NCBI GenBank assembly: GCA_963826505.1
Contig: CAWGXG010000001.1
Coordinates: 354,406 to 418,405 of the forward strand
Direction of reading: 5' to 3'
DNA: 64,000 nt
Source of the DNA: an uncultured Chloroflexia bacterium
Lineage (GTDB): Bacteria > Chloroflexota > Anaerolineae > Aggregatilineales > Aggregatilineaceae
The notes under the pieces are model-generated. The model was not told where the DNA came from, made no database searches, and worked only from the letters and a program-made list of their open reading frames with translations. Below, piece after piece: positions 29,367-38,438 of this stretch (position 1 is the first letter of the stretch; the number at the start of each line of letters is the position of its first letter). The position numbers and the translations under genes were made by a program.

Positions 29367-30196
29367 TCATACTCGCACACACGGATGTGGCGCTCAGTTG
29401 GGAATGGGCGCCCAGCATTCTGATCGGGTTGGCGCTGCTGACGGTTGGCTATGCGCTGGCGGTGGGTCCGCTGCGCCGCCGCTACGCGTGGGGGCCGCCG
29501 GTCGAAGGCTGGCGACAGGCCGCGTTTCATCTGGGTACCCTGGCCGTATTTATCGCGCTGGTCAGCCCGCTCGATGGGTTGGGCGACGAATATCTGTTCA
29601 GCGCGCACATGAGCCAGCACATGCTGCTGATGTTTGTCGGACCGCCCTTGTGGCTGCTGGGCACGCCCGCCTGGCTGGTCGACCGGTTGGTAATGCCGGA
29701 GCGCGCGCGGCGCGTGCTCGGGTTGGCGATTCAACCGGTGGCCGCCTTTGTGGTGTTCAACGTCACGATGTGGCTGTGGCACTGGCCGCGCTTCTACGAT
29801 CTGGCGCTGGAATACGAGAACCTGCATATCATGGAGCACTTGATGTTCATGGCTGCGGCGGTGATCGGCTGGTGGCCGGTCGTGGGCGCGTGGCACGGTG
29901 CGAACGTACCCATCTCCAATTTGGCGCGCGTGTTGTATCTGCTGCCGATGATTGGCGCGTGCAGCGCCCTGGCGGCCCTGATCACGCTCTCGCCGGACGT
30001 GCTGTACCCCTTTTATGCTGCACACTCACAGCCGTGGGGATTTACACCGCAGATCGATCAGCAGGTCGGCGGGCTGGTCATGTGGTTGGGAGGCGATATG
30101 ATTTTTATGACGGCGTTCATCTTCGTGATGAGGCGCGTGCTTACACCATCGTCCACATTGGCGGCTGAGCTGCTGCCGGGGGAGCGTGTGCCATGA
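29363..30196 (+). CDS. ctaG: caa3-type cytochrome oxidase assembly factor CtaG-like membrane protein
   Basis: Seven-TM protein with the SAHMSQHMLLM..PPLWLLGTP motif typical of Bacillus-type CtaG. ATGA overlap with the upstream stop. Confidence 0.55.
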   Translation: MIILAHTDVALSWEWAPSILIGLALLTVGYALAVGPLRRRYAWGPPVEGWRQAAFHLGTLAVFIALVSPLDGLGDEYLFSAHMSQHMLLMFVGPPLWLLGTPAWLVDRLVMPERARRVLGLAIQPVAAFVVFNVTMWLWHWPRFYDLALEYENLHIMEHLMFMAAAVIGWWPVVGAWHGANVPISNLARVLYLLPMIGACSALAALITLSPDVLYPFYAAHSQPWGFTPQIDQQVGGLVMWLGGDMIFMTAFIFVMRRVLTPSSTLAAELLPGERVP

Positions 30197-30417
30197 GCGC
30201 GCATCCTCCCGAACCCTCAGACATTCACCTGCCGGGGCCGAGCTTCTGGCCGATCGTGATGGCGGCAGGTGTCATGCTGATCGCGGCGGGCGTGCTGTTG
30301 ACGCCGGTGATCAGCGGGTTGGGCCTGGTTGTGGTCCTGACATCGGTCGGCGGGTGGACGCAGGAAAACCGCCTGGAGGCTCCGTCCGACGCGGAGGAGG
30401 ATGAAGAGCATGTCTGA
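30193..30417 (+). CDS. small hydrophobic protein (candidate caa3 oxidase small subunit)
   Basis: 74 aa with one to two TM helices and an acidic C-terminus. Translationally coupled on both sides within the cox operon. Confidence 0.4.
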   Translation: MSAHPPEPSDIHLPGPSFWPIVMAAGVMLIAAGVLLTPVISGLGLVVVLTSVGGWTQENRLEAPSDAEEDEEHV

Positions 30418-30986
30418 AACCGGGCTGAGGATGGTGCCGCACCGCCAAACGGATAAGCTGGGCGTCTGGATTTTTCTGGGGGGCGAGGCTGTCCTGTTCA
30501 GCAGTCTGATCCTGGTCTATGGCTTCTTCCGAATCCGCTACGCCTCCTCCTATTCAGCCTTCAGGGATCACCTGAGCATCCCCCTGGTAGGGCTCAACAC
30601 GTTTATTTTGGTTCTGAGCAGTTTTCTGGTGGTGCGCGCGCTGGAAGCGGCACGGCAGGGCGAGCGCAGGCAGTTGATTTACCGCCTGCTGGGAGTGTTG
30701 GTCTTAGGCGCGCTCTTTGTCAGCGGGCAGGCGATCGAGTGGTCGGAACTGTTCGACGCGGGGATCACCGCCAGCAGCCTGTTCGGGTCGCCGTTTTTCA
30801 CTGTCACGGGCATTCACGGCACGCACGTCATGATCGGCCTGACCTGGGATGCCTTCGTGATCGTGCAGGCGCTCAACGGTGCCTATTCCGAGCCGGGAGT
30901 CGCACGGGGTGGAAGTGTTCGGCCTGTACTGGCATTTCGTCGATATTGTATGGATCGTGCTCTTCAGCCTGATCTATCTATTCTAG
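30410..30986 (+). pseudogene. cytochrome c oxidase subunit III-like protein, 1-nt insertion near 30903
   Basis: Canonical C-terminus [25 protein letters not shown] is read in the +1 frame after YSEPGVA. SD GGAGGAGG upstream. Confidence 0.7.
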
Positions 30987-30999
30987 GGAGGGGCACACG

Positions 31000-31243
31000 A
31001 TGGATCAAACCCTGGCAATCACTTTGTGGGTGATGAGCGGCGCGGCGGTGGGTGGCATCGTGACGCCGCTGGTCGTGCAGCGCAAACCACTGAACAACTG
31101 GGCGGCCATGTTGACCGGTATTGTCGTGGGCATGGTGGGCAACGTGATCGCGTTGGTGCCGATGTGGCTGCTGCTTTCGCAGGGTCTGCCAGATAGCCCT
31201 GGTCAACTGTCGTGGCAGAGCGACACGGCCGATCTGGCTGACA
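31000..31243 (+). CDS. hypothetical two-TM membrane protein; 3' end unresolved (frame runs on out of register over the next gene, implying an indel or a fusion)
   Basis: ATG 31000 with SD GGGAGGGG. Two clear TM helices. No in-frame stop until 31710. Confidence 0.25.
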
Positions 31244-31309
31244 GTGCGGGCCCCGACCTCGCTGTCGCTGCCCGACCTGAGTCCGCTGCGGGCCAGGGCG
31301 GCACAGTGG

Positions 31310-31933
31310 ATGGCGCAGCCGTCGCCGTATATGGTCGTATTCCTGATCCTGGCGCTGTTCACGGTGATGGAAGCCGGTATCTCTTACCTGCCCGATCTGC
31401 CCGAGGGCGTTCGGATCGGCGTGCTGGGCTTTCTGGCCGCGACCAAAGCCTCGCTGGTGCTGCTATATTTCATGCATCTGAAATCGGACTACCGCATCTT
31501 CACCCTACCGTTGACGCTGGGGCTGGTCCTGGTGATCCCGCTTATTCTGATCGTCGGCCTGACGACCGGCGAAGCGAGTCCGCCGCCATCCGGCAACGGA
31601 CCACCACCTGCCGCGGGTGTGGGCGAGAGCGGTCAGGTCGGTCAGGACGAGCTGATCTCGGACGGCAAGCAGTTGTTCGAGGACAACTGCGCGATGTGTC
31701 ACGGCGCTGAGTCCGGTATGGGGCCGGCCTTCGACGGCATGGCGTCCCGTGCGGCGAGCCGCGTCAGCGGGCAGACCGCCCAGCAGTATATTCACCAGTC
31801 GATTGTGAACCCCAGCGCCTTTGTGGTGCCGGGTTACTCGAACATGATGCCCGAGAATTTCGGCCAAACGCTGGACGCCGAGCAGATCAATTCCCTGGTG
31901 GACTACATCATGGCGGAATCCGGCAGCGGCTAG
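31310..31933 (+). CDS. cytochrome c oxidase subunit IV (COX4_pro family) fused to a class-I cytochrome c domain
   Basis: Three TM helices with the LVLLYFMHLKSD motif as in CtaF/CyoD. C-terminal CAMCHG heme site with Met ligand region. Start could be GTG 31244. Confidence 0.55.
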   Translation: MAQPSPYMVVFLILALFTVMEAGISYLPDLPEGVRIGVLGFLAATKASLVLLYFMHLKSDYRIFTLPLTLGLVLVIPLILIVGLTTGEASPPPSGNGPPPAAGVGESGQVGQDELISDGKQLFEDNCAMCHGAESGMGPAFDGMASRAASRVSGQTAQQYIHQSIVNPSAFVVPGYSNMMPENFGQTLDAEQINSLVDYIMAESGSG

Positions 31934-31972
31934 CGGGCCGGACGCCCCGACCATGACTCCGCAAATGCGAAC

Positions 31973-32008
31973 CGCCCGTGCTGCAACCTGCCGGGCGGAT
32001 TTCATTTT
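31973..32008 (+). terminator. rho-independent terminator after the cox operon (CCGCCCG..CGGGCGG + ATTTCATTTT)
   Basis: Stem-loop plus T-rich tail 40 nt after the stop codon. Confidence 0.5.
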
Positions 32009-32116
32009 CGGGGAAGAAGCTACACTGGGTAGGACGCACAGAGCGTATTCACAAAACGTCTTTCGTCCTCCTTGCTTGTCACGCCCCACCCCCTGCTTCT
32101 GACTCGACACGAGTGG

Positions 32117-32146
32117 TTGTCCAGGTTCTGACTTTATCACTATAAT
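32117..32146 (+). promoter_or_regulatory. sigma70-like promoter (TTGTCC - 18 nt - TATAAT) upstream of deoC
   Basis: -10 hexamer is a perfect TATAAT at 32141-32146, 36 nt upstream of the ATG. Confidence 0.45.
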
Positions 32147-32181
32147 TAACAACAAAATATCCGTGTAATGTATCGATTGGC

Positions 32182-33147
32182 ATGCTTGCGATGACAGCTA
32201 TTGAACGCAATCAACCCGCTCCTTTTGACCTCGGTTATGTCTTGGACACCCGCGTGAATCCGAGTGCCAGCGAGCGGCGCGCGGCTACACTCGGCCAGCG
32301 GCGCTCCATCAAGAAGAACTGGCAGGCCGCCTGGCTGCTGCGCGCGGTGACCTGTATCGATCTCACCACGCTGGCCGGCGACGACACGCCCGGCAACGTA
32401 CAGCGGCTGGCCGCCAAAGCGCGCCAACCCGTCCGGCAGGATATTCTGGACGCGCTGGGCGTGGGCGAAAGTGGTATCACCACGGCGGCGGTATGCGTGT
32501 ATCACGCGCGCGTGGCGGACGCGGTCGCGGCACTGCGCGGCACGTCGATCCCTGTGGCGGCGGTCTCGACAGGGTTCCCCGCCGGGCAGAGTCCCTACCA
32601 ACAGCGCATCGCCGAAATTCGCGAGTCTGTCGCGGCGGGTGCTGGCGAGATCGACATTGTGATCTCGCGCGAGCACGTCTTGCGCGGCAACTGGCGGGCG
32701 CTCTATGACGAGGTGTGCGAGATGCGCCAGATGTGCGGCGACGCCCACATGAAGACCATCCTCGCCACGGGCGACCTGGGTCCGCTGTGGAACGTCGCGA
32801 TGGCCAGCAAGGTGTGCATGATGGCCGGGGCGGACTTCATCAAAACCTCGACCGGCAAAGAATCGGTGAATGCCACGCTGCCGGTCGGCCTGACCATGAC
32901 GCGCGCCATTCGCGACTACTACCAGCGTACGGGATACACCATCGGATTCAAACCCGCCGGGGGCATTCGCACGGCCAAGCAGGCCCTCGAATGGCTGATC
33001 CTGATCAAAGAAGAGTTGGGCGATACGTGGCTCGATCCGTCTCTGTTCCGGATCGGAGCCAGCAGCTTGTTAGGTGATATCGAGCGCCAGTTATCCCATC
33101 ACGTTACGGGCCATTATGCCGCTCAGCACCACATGCCGATGGCCTAA
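32182..33147 (+). CDS. deoC: deoxyribose-phosphate aldolase, long (class II-type) form
   Basis: Schiff-base region FIKTSTGK and GGIRT motif. 321 aa. Confidence 0.85.
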   Translation: MLAMTAIERNQPAPFDLGYVLDTRVNPSASERRAATLGQRRSIKKNWQAAWLLRAVTCIDLTTLAGDDTPGNVQRLAAKARQPVRQDILDALGVGESGITTAAVCVYHARVADAVAALRGTSIPVAAVSTGFPAGQSPYQQRIAEIRESVAAGAGEIDIVISREHVLRGNWRALYDEVCEMRQMCGDAHMKTILATGDLGPLWNVAMASKVCMMAGADFIKTSTGKESVNATLPVGLTMTRAIRDYYQRTGYTIGFKPAGGIRTAKQALEWLILIKEELGDTWLDPSLFRIGASSLLGDIERQLSHHVTGHYAAQHHMPMA

Positions 33148-33162
33148 AAAGGAGATTCAGAC

Positions 33163-35607
33163 GTGAGTGTCGCCGATTTGCTTAACACCCTGGAGTATGG
33201 TCCGGCTCCCGAAGCGCCGGATACCGCGTTAGCGTGGCTGGAAAGCCACCAGCGCCAGTTCGATCTATTCGTCAATAACCAGTGGCGCGCGCCCGAAAAC
33301 GACGCCTACATGGACGTGCATAACCCGGCCACCGGGCAGAAGCTCGCCCGGGTGGCGTCGGCAGGCGCAGCGGATGTTGACGCCGCCGTCGCGGCGGCGC
33401 GTCAGGCGTTCGAAACCTGGAGCCAGACCAGCGGCCACGCCCGCGCCCGCCATCTGTACGCGCTGGCACGCAATCTTCAAAAACATGCGCGTCTGTTTGC
33501 CGTGCTGGAGTCGATGGACAACGGCAAACCCATTCGCGAATCGCGCGACATCGATATTCCGCTGGTCGTGCGCCACTTCTATCACCACGCGGGCTGGGCG
33601 CAGCTCATGCCAAGCGCGCTGGCCGAGTACCAGCCGTTGGGCGTGGTCGGGCAGATCATCCCCTGGAATTTCCCATTGTTGATGCTGGCCTGGAAGATTG
33701 CTCCCGCGCTGGCGATGGGCAACACGGTCGTACTCAAACCCGCGCCCTACACGCCGCTGACCGCGCTGCTATTCGCGGAGGTGGTCGCCGAGGCTGGGCT
33801 GCCGCCTGGAGTCGTTAATATCGTGACGGGCGGCGATGAAAGCGGGGCGCTGATCGTGGCGCATCCCGACATCGACAAGATCGCGTTCACCGGTTCCACG
33901 TCGGTGGGCCGCATCTTGCGGCGGGTGACAGCGGGCACCGGCAAGCGGCTGTCGCTCGAATTGGGCGGAAAATCGCCGTTTGTGGTGTTCGACGATGCCG
34001 ATCAGGACGGTGCGGTCGAAGGGCTGGTGGATGCTATCTGGTTCAACCAGGGGCAGGTCTGCTGCGCGGGATCGCGTTTGCTCGTGCAGGAGAGTATCGC
34101 GGAGGGCTTCCTGGAGAAAGTGCGCCGCCGGATGGCCCTGTTGCGGACCGGCGATTCCCTGGATAAAGGCATCGACCTGGGCGCGGTAGTCGATCCGGTG
34201 CAATACGCGACGATCGATCGCTGGGTCAAGCGCGGCGTGGAAGAAGGCGCGGATATCTTCCAACCGGACGGTCCGCTGCCAGGGCAAGGCTGTTTCTACC
34301 CGCCCACGCTGCTCAGCAATGTCAACCCGGCCTCTATCGTCGCGCAAGAGGAGATTTTCGGGCCGGTGCTGGTGGCGATGTCCTTCCGCACGCCTGCCGA
34401 AGCGATCCAGCTCGCGAACAATACGCGCTATGGGTTGGCAGCGAGCGTGTGGAGCGAAAATATCAATCTGGCGTTGGAAGTGGCGCATAAGATCAAAGCG
34501 GGCAGCATCTGGGTCAATTCCACCAACCTGTTTGACGCGGCCTCCGGCTTCGGCGGTTATCGCGAAAGCGGCTACGGGCGCGAGGGTGGTCGAGAGGGGC
34601 TGATGGAATATGTACGCCCGGTGTGGCAGTCTCGACCGCGTCCCAAGCTGGCGGTCGATCCCCAGAAGGGGCTCGACGCGCTCAAGAGCATGATACGGGA
34701 TGATCTGCGGCCCAGTTATCCGCTGCCGCTCAATTCACACACGTCTGGCACCGGGCTGCCCCCGCTGGATCGCACCGCCAAGCTGTATATCGCGGGCAAG
34801 CAGAAACGCCCGGATGGCAATTACAGCCGCCCGATCCTCGATCCGGACGGGCACGAGATTGGGCAGGTGGGCGAGGGGAATCGCAAGGATATTCGCGACG
34901 CGGTGGAAGCGGCGCACCGCGCTAAAGGCTGGGCGGATCGCTCGCCCTACAACCGCGCGCAAATTCTGTATTACATCGCCGAGAATCTGGCGATCCGGTC
35001 CGGTGAGTTTGCGCAGCGCCTGCGCGCCATGACCGGCTGTACCCTGAAAGCGGGTCAGCAAGAGGTGGATCTGTCCGTCGATCGCCTGTTCACGTACGCG
35101 GCCTGGGCCGATAAATATGGCGGGACGGTGCAGGAAACCCCGTTACGCGGCGTGGTCGTGGCGGTGCATGATTACGTGGGCGTGATCGGCATCGCGTGCC
35201 CGGACGAGTCCCCGCTCTTGGCGTTCGTATCGCTGGTCGCGCCTGCCATCGCCCGGGGCAACACCGTGATCGTCATCCCCTCTGAAGTCTACCCGCTGTG
35301 CGCAACGGATTTCTACCAGATTCTCGAAACGTCCGACCTGCCGCCGGGCGTGGTGAATATTGTGACGGGGTCGCGCGACACGCTGACCAAAACGCTGGTC
35401 GAGCACGAAGATGTTGATGCCCTGTGGTATTTTGGGAGTGCCGAAGGCAGCGCCATGGTGGAGCTGCTGTCGGTGTCCAACCTGAAACGCACCTGGGTCA
35501 ACTATGGCGAGCCGCTTGATTGGTCCGATCCCGCCCAGGGGGCCGGCGAAAAATCGCTGCATGAGTCGGTCCAGGTCAAGAACATCTGGATTCCAACCGG
35601 CGTGTGA
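33163..35607 (+). CDS. ALDH16-like tandem aldehyde dehydrogenase (active N-terminal ALDH + degenerate C-terminal ALDH-fold domain)
   Basis: N-domain has ELGGKSP and QGQVCCAGSR catalytic motifs. C-terminal ~330 aa are ALDH-like but lack the catalytic Cys/Glu. 814 aa with GTG start and AAGGAG SD. Confidence 0.8.
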   Translation: MSVADLLNTLEYGPAPEAPDTALAWLESHQRQFDLFVNNQWRAPENDAYMDVHNPATGQKLARVASAGAADVDAAVAAARQAFETWSQTSGHARARHLYALARNLQKHARLFAVLESMDNGKPIRESRDIDIPLVVRHFYHHAGWAQLMPSALAEYQPLGVVGQIIPWNFPLLMLAWKIAPALAMGNTVVLKPAPYTPLTALLFAEVVAEAGLPPGVVNIVTGGDESGALIVAHPDIDKIAFTGSTSVGRILRRVTAGTGKRLSLELGGKSPFVVFDDADQDGAVEGLVDAIWFNQGQVCCAGSRLLVQESIAEGFLEKVRRRMALLRTGDSLDKGIDLGAVVDPVQYATIDRWVKRGVEEGADIFQPDGPLPGQGCFYPPTLLSNVNPASIVAQEEIFGPVLVAMSFRTPAEAIQLANNTRYGLAASVWSENINLALEVAHKIKAGSIWVNSTNLFDAASGFGGYRESGYGREGGREGLMEYVRPVWQSRPRPKLAVDPQKGLDALKSMIRDDLRPSYPLPLNSHTSGTGLPPLDRTAKLYIAGKQKRPDGNYSRPILDPDGHEIGQVGEGNRKDIRDAVEAAHRAKGWADRSPYNRAQILYYIAENLAIRSGEFAQRLRAMTGCTLKAGQQEVDLSVDRLFTYAAWADKYGGTVQETPLRGVVVAVHDYVGVIGIACPDESPLLAFVSLVAPAIARGNTVIVIPSEVYPLCATDFYQILETSDLPPGVVNIVTGSRDTLTKTLVEHEDVDALWYFGSAEGSAMVELLSVSNLKRTWVNYGEPLDWSDPAQGAGEKSLHESVQVKNIWIPTGV

Positions 35608-35624
35608 GCCTGAGGAGCGTGGGA

Positions 35625-36584
35625 GTGAGCACACACCAGGCTTGGGCCATCGGCGTGGACATTGGCGGCACGAATACGCAGGCGGCGGTCATTCAGCGCC
35701 ACAGCGGCCAGATCCGTGCGCGTGCCAGCCAACCGACCCAGGCCGACCAGGGACCGGCGCGCGGGTTGCCACGCATCGGCGATCTGATCGCGCAGGTGAT
35801 CCGGCAGGCCGATCTGCCGATCTCCGAGGTAGCCGGGATCGGAATCGGGTGTACCGGGCCGCTGGATATCGAGCGCGGGTTGATCATGGAGCCGTGGACG
35901 ATGATCGGCTGGTGCGAAGTGCCGGTCGTGCCGACGCTGCGCGAACGCTTCGGGCTGCCCGTCTGGCTGGATAATGACTGCAACGTGGCCGCGCTCGGTG
36001 AGCACTGGCTGGGCGCGGGACAGGGTCACGCCGACATGCTGTATCTGACTGTCAGCACGGGGATCGGGGCAGGCATCATTATCGACAACGTGCTGCGTCA
36101 GGGGTTCGGCCACAACATGGGCGAGGTCGGCCTGATGACGATCGATATGCACGGTCCGCCGTGCTTTGAGGGCAGCTCCGGCTGTTGGGAATATCTTGCC
36201 GCCGGGCCAGCGATTGCGCGTCAGGCGAGCGCTGCGGCGGATGAGACACTGCTCGCCGCCGCCAACGGCGATCCCGGTGCGATCACGGCGGAAATGGTGG
36301 CCCGGCTGGCGCGGGCAGGGCACGCGCTTTCGCTGGACATCATGCAGCGCGAAGCGTTCGCGTTGGGCGTGGGGCTGGCGAATCTGATGGTGATCCTGGC
36401 GCCTGAGATCGTCGTGATGGGCGGGGGCGTAATGAACAGTTGGGATCTGCTCCACCCGCTCATGGAACGCACTGTCCGCGAGCGCACCCGCTTAATCCCC
36501 TCCGCGCAGACGATCCCGATCGTCCGCGCGCAGTTGGGGTCCTCCGCAGGAGTGGTAGGGGCTGCCCGTCTGGTGAGTGGTTAG
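35625..36584 (+). CDS. ROK family sugar kinase (glucokinase-like); alternative GTG start 35604
   Basis: GVDIGGT ATP-binding N-terminus. ROK signature with a zinc motif (H..PPCFEGSSGCWE). Confidence 0.8.
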   Translation: MSTHQAWAIGVDIGGTNTQAAVIQRHSGQIRARASQPTQADQGPARGLPRIGDLIAQVIRQADLPISEVAGIGIGCTGPLDIERGLIMEPWTMIGWCEVPVVPTLRERFGLPVWLDNDCNVAALGEHWLGAGQGHADMLYLTVSTGIGAGIIIDNVLRQGFGHNMGEVGLMTIDMHGPPCFEGSSGCWEYLAAGPAIARQASAAADETLLAAANGDPGAITAEMVARLARAGHALSLDIMQREAFALGVGLANLMVILAPEIVVMGGGVMNSWDLLHPLMERTVRERTRLIPSAQTIPIVRAQLGSSAGVVGAARLVSG

Positions 36585-36619
36585 GATCGAGCGCTGTGCG
36601 GGTTTGCCCCACCCCCAAA

Positions 36620-36648
36620 TCCCCTCCCCACGTTATATAGAGAGGGGA
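36620..36648. terminator. candidate bidirectional terminator hairpin between convergent genes (TCCCCTC / GAGGGGA, 15-nt loop)
   Basis: Inverted repeat between the ROK-kinase stop and the glycoside-hydrolase stop. The loop is long, so confidence is low. Confidence 0.3.
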
Positions 36649-36691
36649 CATATACAATTGTTATCTTCCCAGTTCGGACACTGTGCCCGCG

Positions 36692-38356
36692 TCAGCGCGT
36701 CCAGTACATCACCTGACGCAGATAGACCAGCCCGCACGCCCAGCCGCCCGCATGCGGAATCCAGTCTTCGTCGGAATAGCGCAGCGGGATGTCGTGTTCG
36801 ACAGTCGGCTCCAGCTCCATGTGGAACTGGCGATTGGTGCACAGGCCGTTGCCGATGCTGCCGGGAATCTTCGACCACGTGTCGACGGCGTTGTGCCCGA
36901 TGCCGTGGATGAAACTGTAGGGCACCGCTTCGCCCGCCGGGATGTCCTCGTACCACATGACCGAGCCCTCGAACGACTCGGCGGTGATGCCGCTGTTTAG
37001 GCCCGCAATCCATTGCATGTTGCCGACGGCAATTTCACGGAACTGGGGATCGTCGAAGAAGTATTCGAGCTGTACCGCCAGCGCCGCTGCATAGCCATAA
37101 ACGACATTGAAGCCGTGCCACGGTCCGGCGAAGGTCAGCAGGCCCTGCCCGGCGTAATAGCCCTGTGGCAGCAGGAAAAACGGATTCTTCCGGCAGGCGG
37201 GCAGGAAGTACCCGTAAGCGAAGTCGTGGACAGCCTGCCGCCAGCGCGGCACGTCGGGATGTTCCGGCAGGCGCTGGCACAGCGCCATCAGCGGGACGAT
37301 GTAGTGATTGAACATGGTGCTGGTATCGTGCCCAATATGATGGTGGATGAACGCCTTCTCGGTGAAATCGCTGTCGTCGAACGTGTAGAAATGCCCGTAG
37401 AACTCGCCTTCCGGGTGGTCTTTGGGCACCTGACGGCGCAGCACCTCGCGGGCGCGGCGGACGGCTTCATCGAGATAGTCGGGCCGCCCCGATCGCGCCA
37501 GCTCCACACCACCCCAGACCATCATCATCAGGTCGCCCGTCATGAAGGAGCGCGGGACGTATTCTTCCGGCGCGCCATGCAGCAGCGCCGAGAAATTCGG
37601 CATGCTGGAGGGGCGACACTCGCGCGTGTAATACTCGTAGGCTTGCACGGCGCGGTTCAGATAATCGAGACTGCGCTCGGGGTCGAGTTCGTACAACAGG
37701 CGGGAAGCGATGGCCAGCGCGACGACCGACTGCCCTTGATCCTGGGGAATATACAGGGCATCGTTGGGGAGTTCGTGGGCGATCGCGCCGGTCGGGCCGC
37801 CCAGGTCGCTGGCGCGCTGCTGGCACGAGACGATGTAGTCGCAGCCGTGCATGATCTGCGCGGCCAGACGCTGAGTCTTCTCCGGGCCCAGCCAGCTGTG
37901 ACCCCAATAGAACAGGTCGAGCATGCCGATCAACGCCCCGGTGTGACTGCCCACTTCGCGCCAATCAGCGCCGCAGTCCTTCCAGCCCTTGCCATAGCGC
38001 GCTTGCTCGGCGCGGCGCTCGAACTGCCCGATCACCACGTCTTCGACGGTGGCGTCCCACAGCACGTATTCACCTACCTTGAACGGCGGGCAGGTGATCG
38101 GCGCGTGACCCTCGGCTTCAAGCGTCAGGGTGAATTCGCCAGCGCGCGCAAGCTCCGAAAAGTCGGCAATCCACCACTCGCTTTGCCAGCATTGGCCCCA
38201 ATGCACGAGCGGTTTTTGCAGGAGAATTTCCCCGCTGACCGCTTCTTGCAGGCGGAAGGTGGCCCCCTCGGGCAGCTCACCGCGATAAAGGCCGCGCATG
38301 GGAGCGCGGAGATCGTAACCAATTTGAGAAACGAGCAGGCCAGTGGGTTGCATCAT
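36692..38356 (-). CDS. putative glycoside hydrolase with N-terminal Ig-like (CelD_N-like) domain and six-hairpin catalytic domain
   Basis: N-terminus SQIGYDLRAP..WWIADFSELARAGEFTL resembles the GH9-associated Ig-like domain. The long antisense ORF 37013..38386 is judged spurious. Confidence 0.5.
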   Translation of the reverse strand: MMQPTGLLVSQIGYDLRAPMRGLYRGELPEGATFRLQEAVSGEILLQKPLVHWGQCWQSEWWIADFSELARAGEFTLTLEAEGHAPITCPPFKVGEYVLWDATVEDVVIGQFERRAEQARYGKGWKDCGADWREVGSHTGALIGMLDLFYWGHSWLGPEKTQRLAAQIMHGCDYIVSCQQRASDLGGPTGAIAHELPNDALYIPQDQGQSVVALAIASRLLYELDPERSLDYLNRAVQAYEYYTRECRPSSMPNFSALLHGAPEEYVPRSFMTGDLMMMVWGGVELARSGRPDYLDEAVRRAREVLRRQVPKDHPEGEFYGHFYTFDDSDFTEKAFIHHHIGHDTSTMFNHYIVPLMALCQRLPEHPDVPRWRQAVHDFAYGYFLPACRKNPFFLLPQGYYAGQGLLTFAGPWHGFNVVYGYAAALAVQLEYFFDDPQFREIAVGNMQWIAGLNSGITAESFEGSVMWYEDIPAGEAVPYSFIHGIGHNAVDTWSKIPGSIGNGLCTNRQFHMELEPTVEHDIPLRYSDEDWIPHAGGWACGLVYLRQVMYWTR

Positions 38357-38438
38357 AATCCCTTTTCACAAGCTATCGCTAAGTAACTCGCATCGGCGCA
38401 TCTGCGGCCCAGTATATCCCCGGACATTTGAGCCGTCA

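Noticed and set aside
31000-31710. Reading the 31000 ORF as a 236-aa protein
   Set aside because: Its distal two-thirds are out-of-frame over a clear COX4_pro/cytochrome c gene and have a low-complexity composition. Only the first ~80 codons look genuine.
37013-38386. 457-aa plus-strand ORF overlapping the glycoside hydrolase gene
   Set aside because: Antisense to a minus-strand gene that has a recognisable Ig-like/GH architecture and a proper SD. The product is Arg/Ala/Gly-rich with no motifs.
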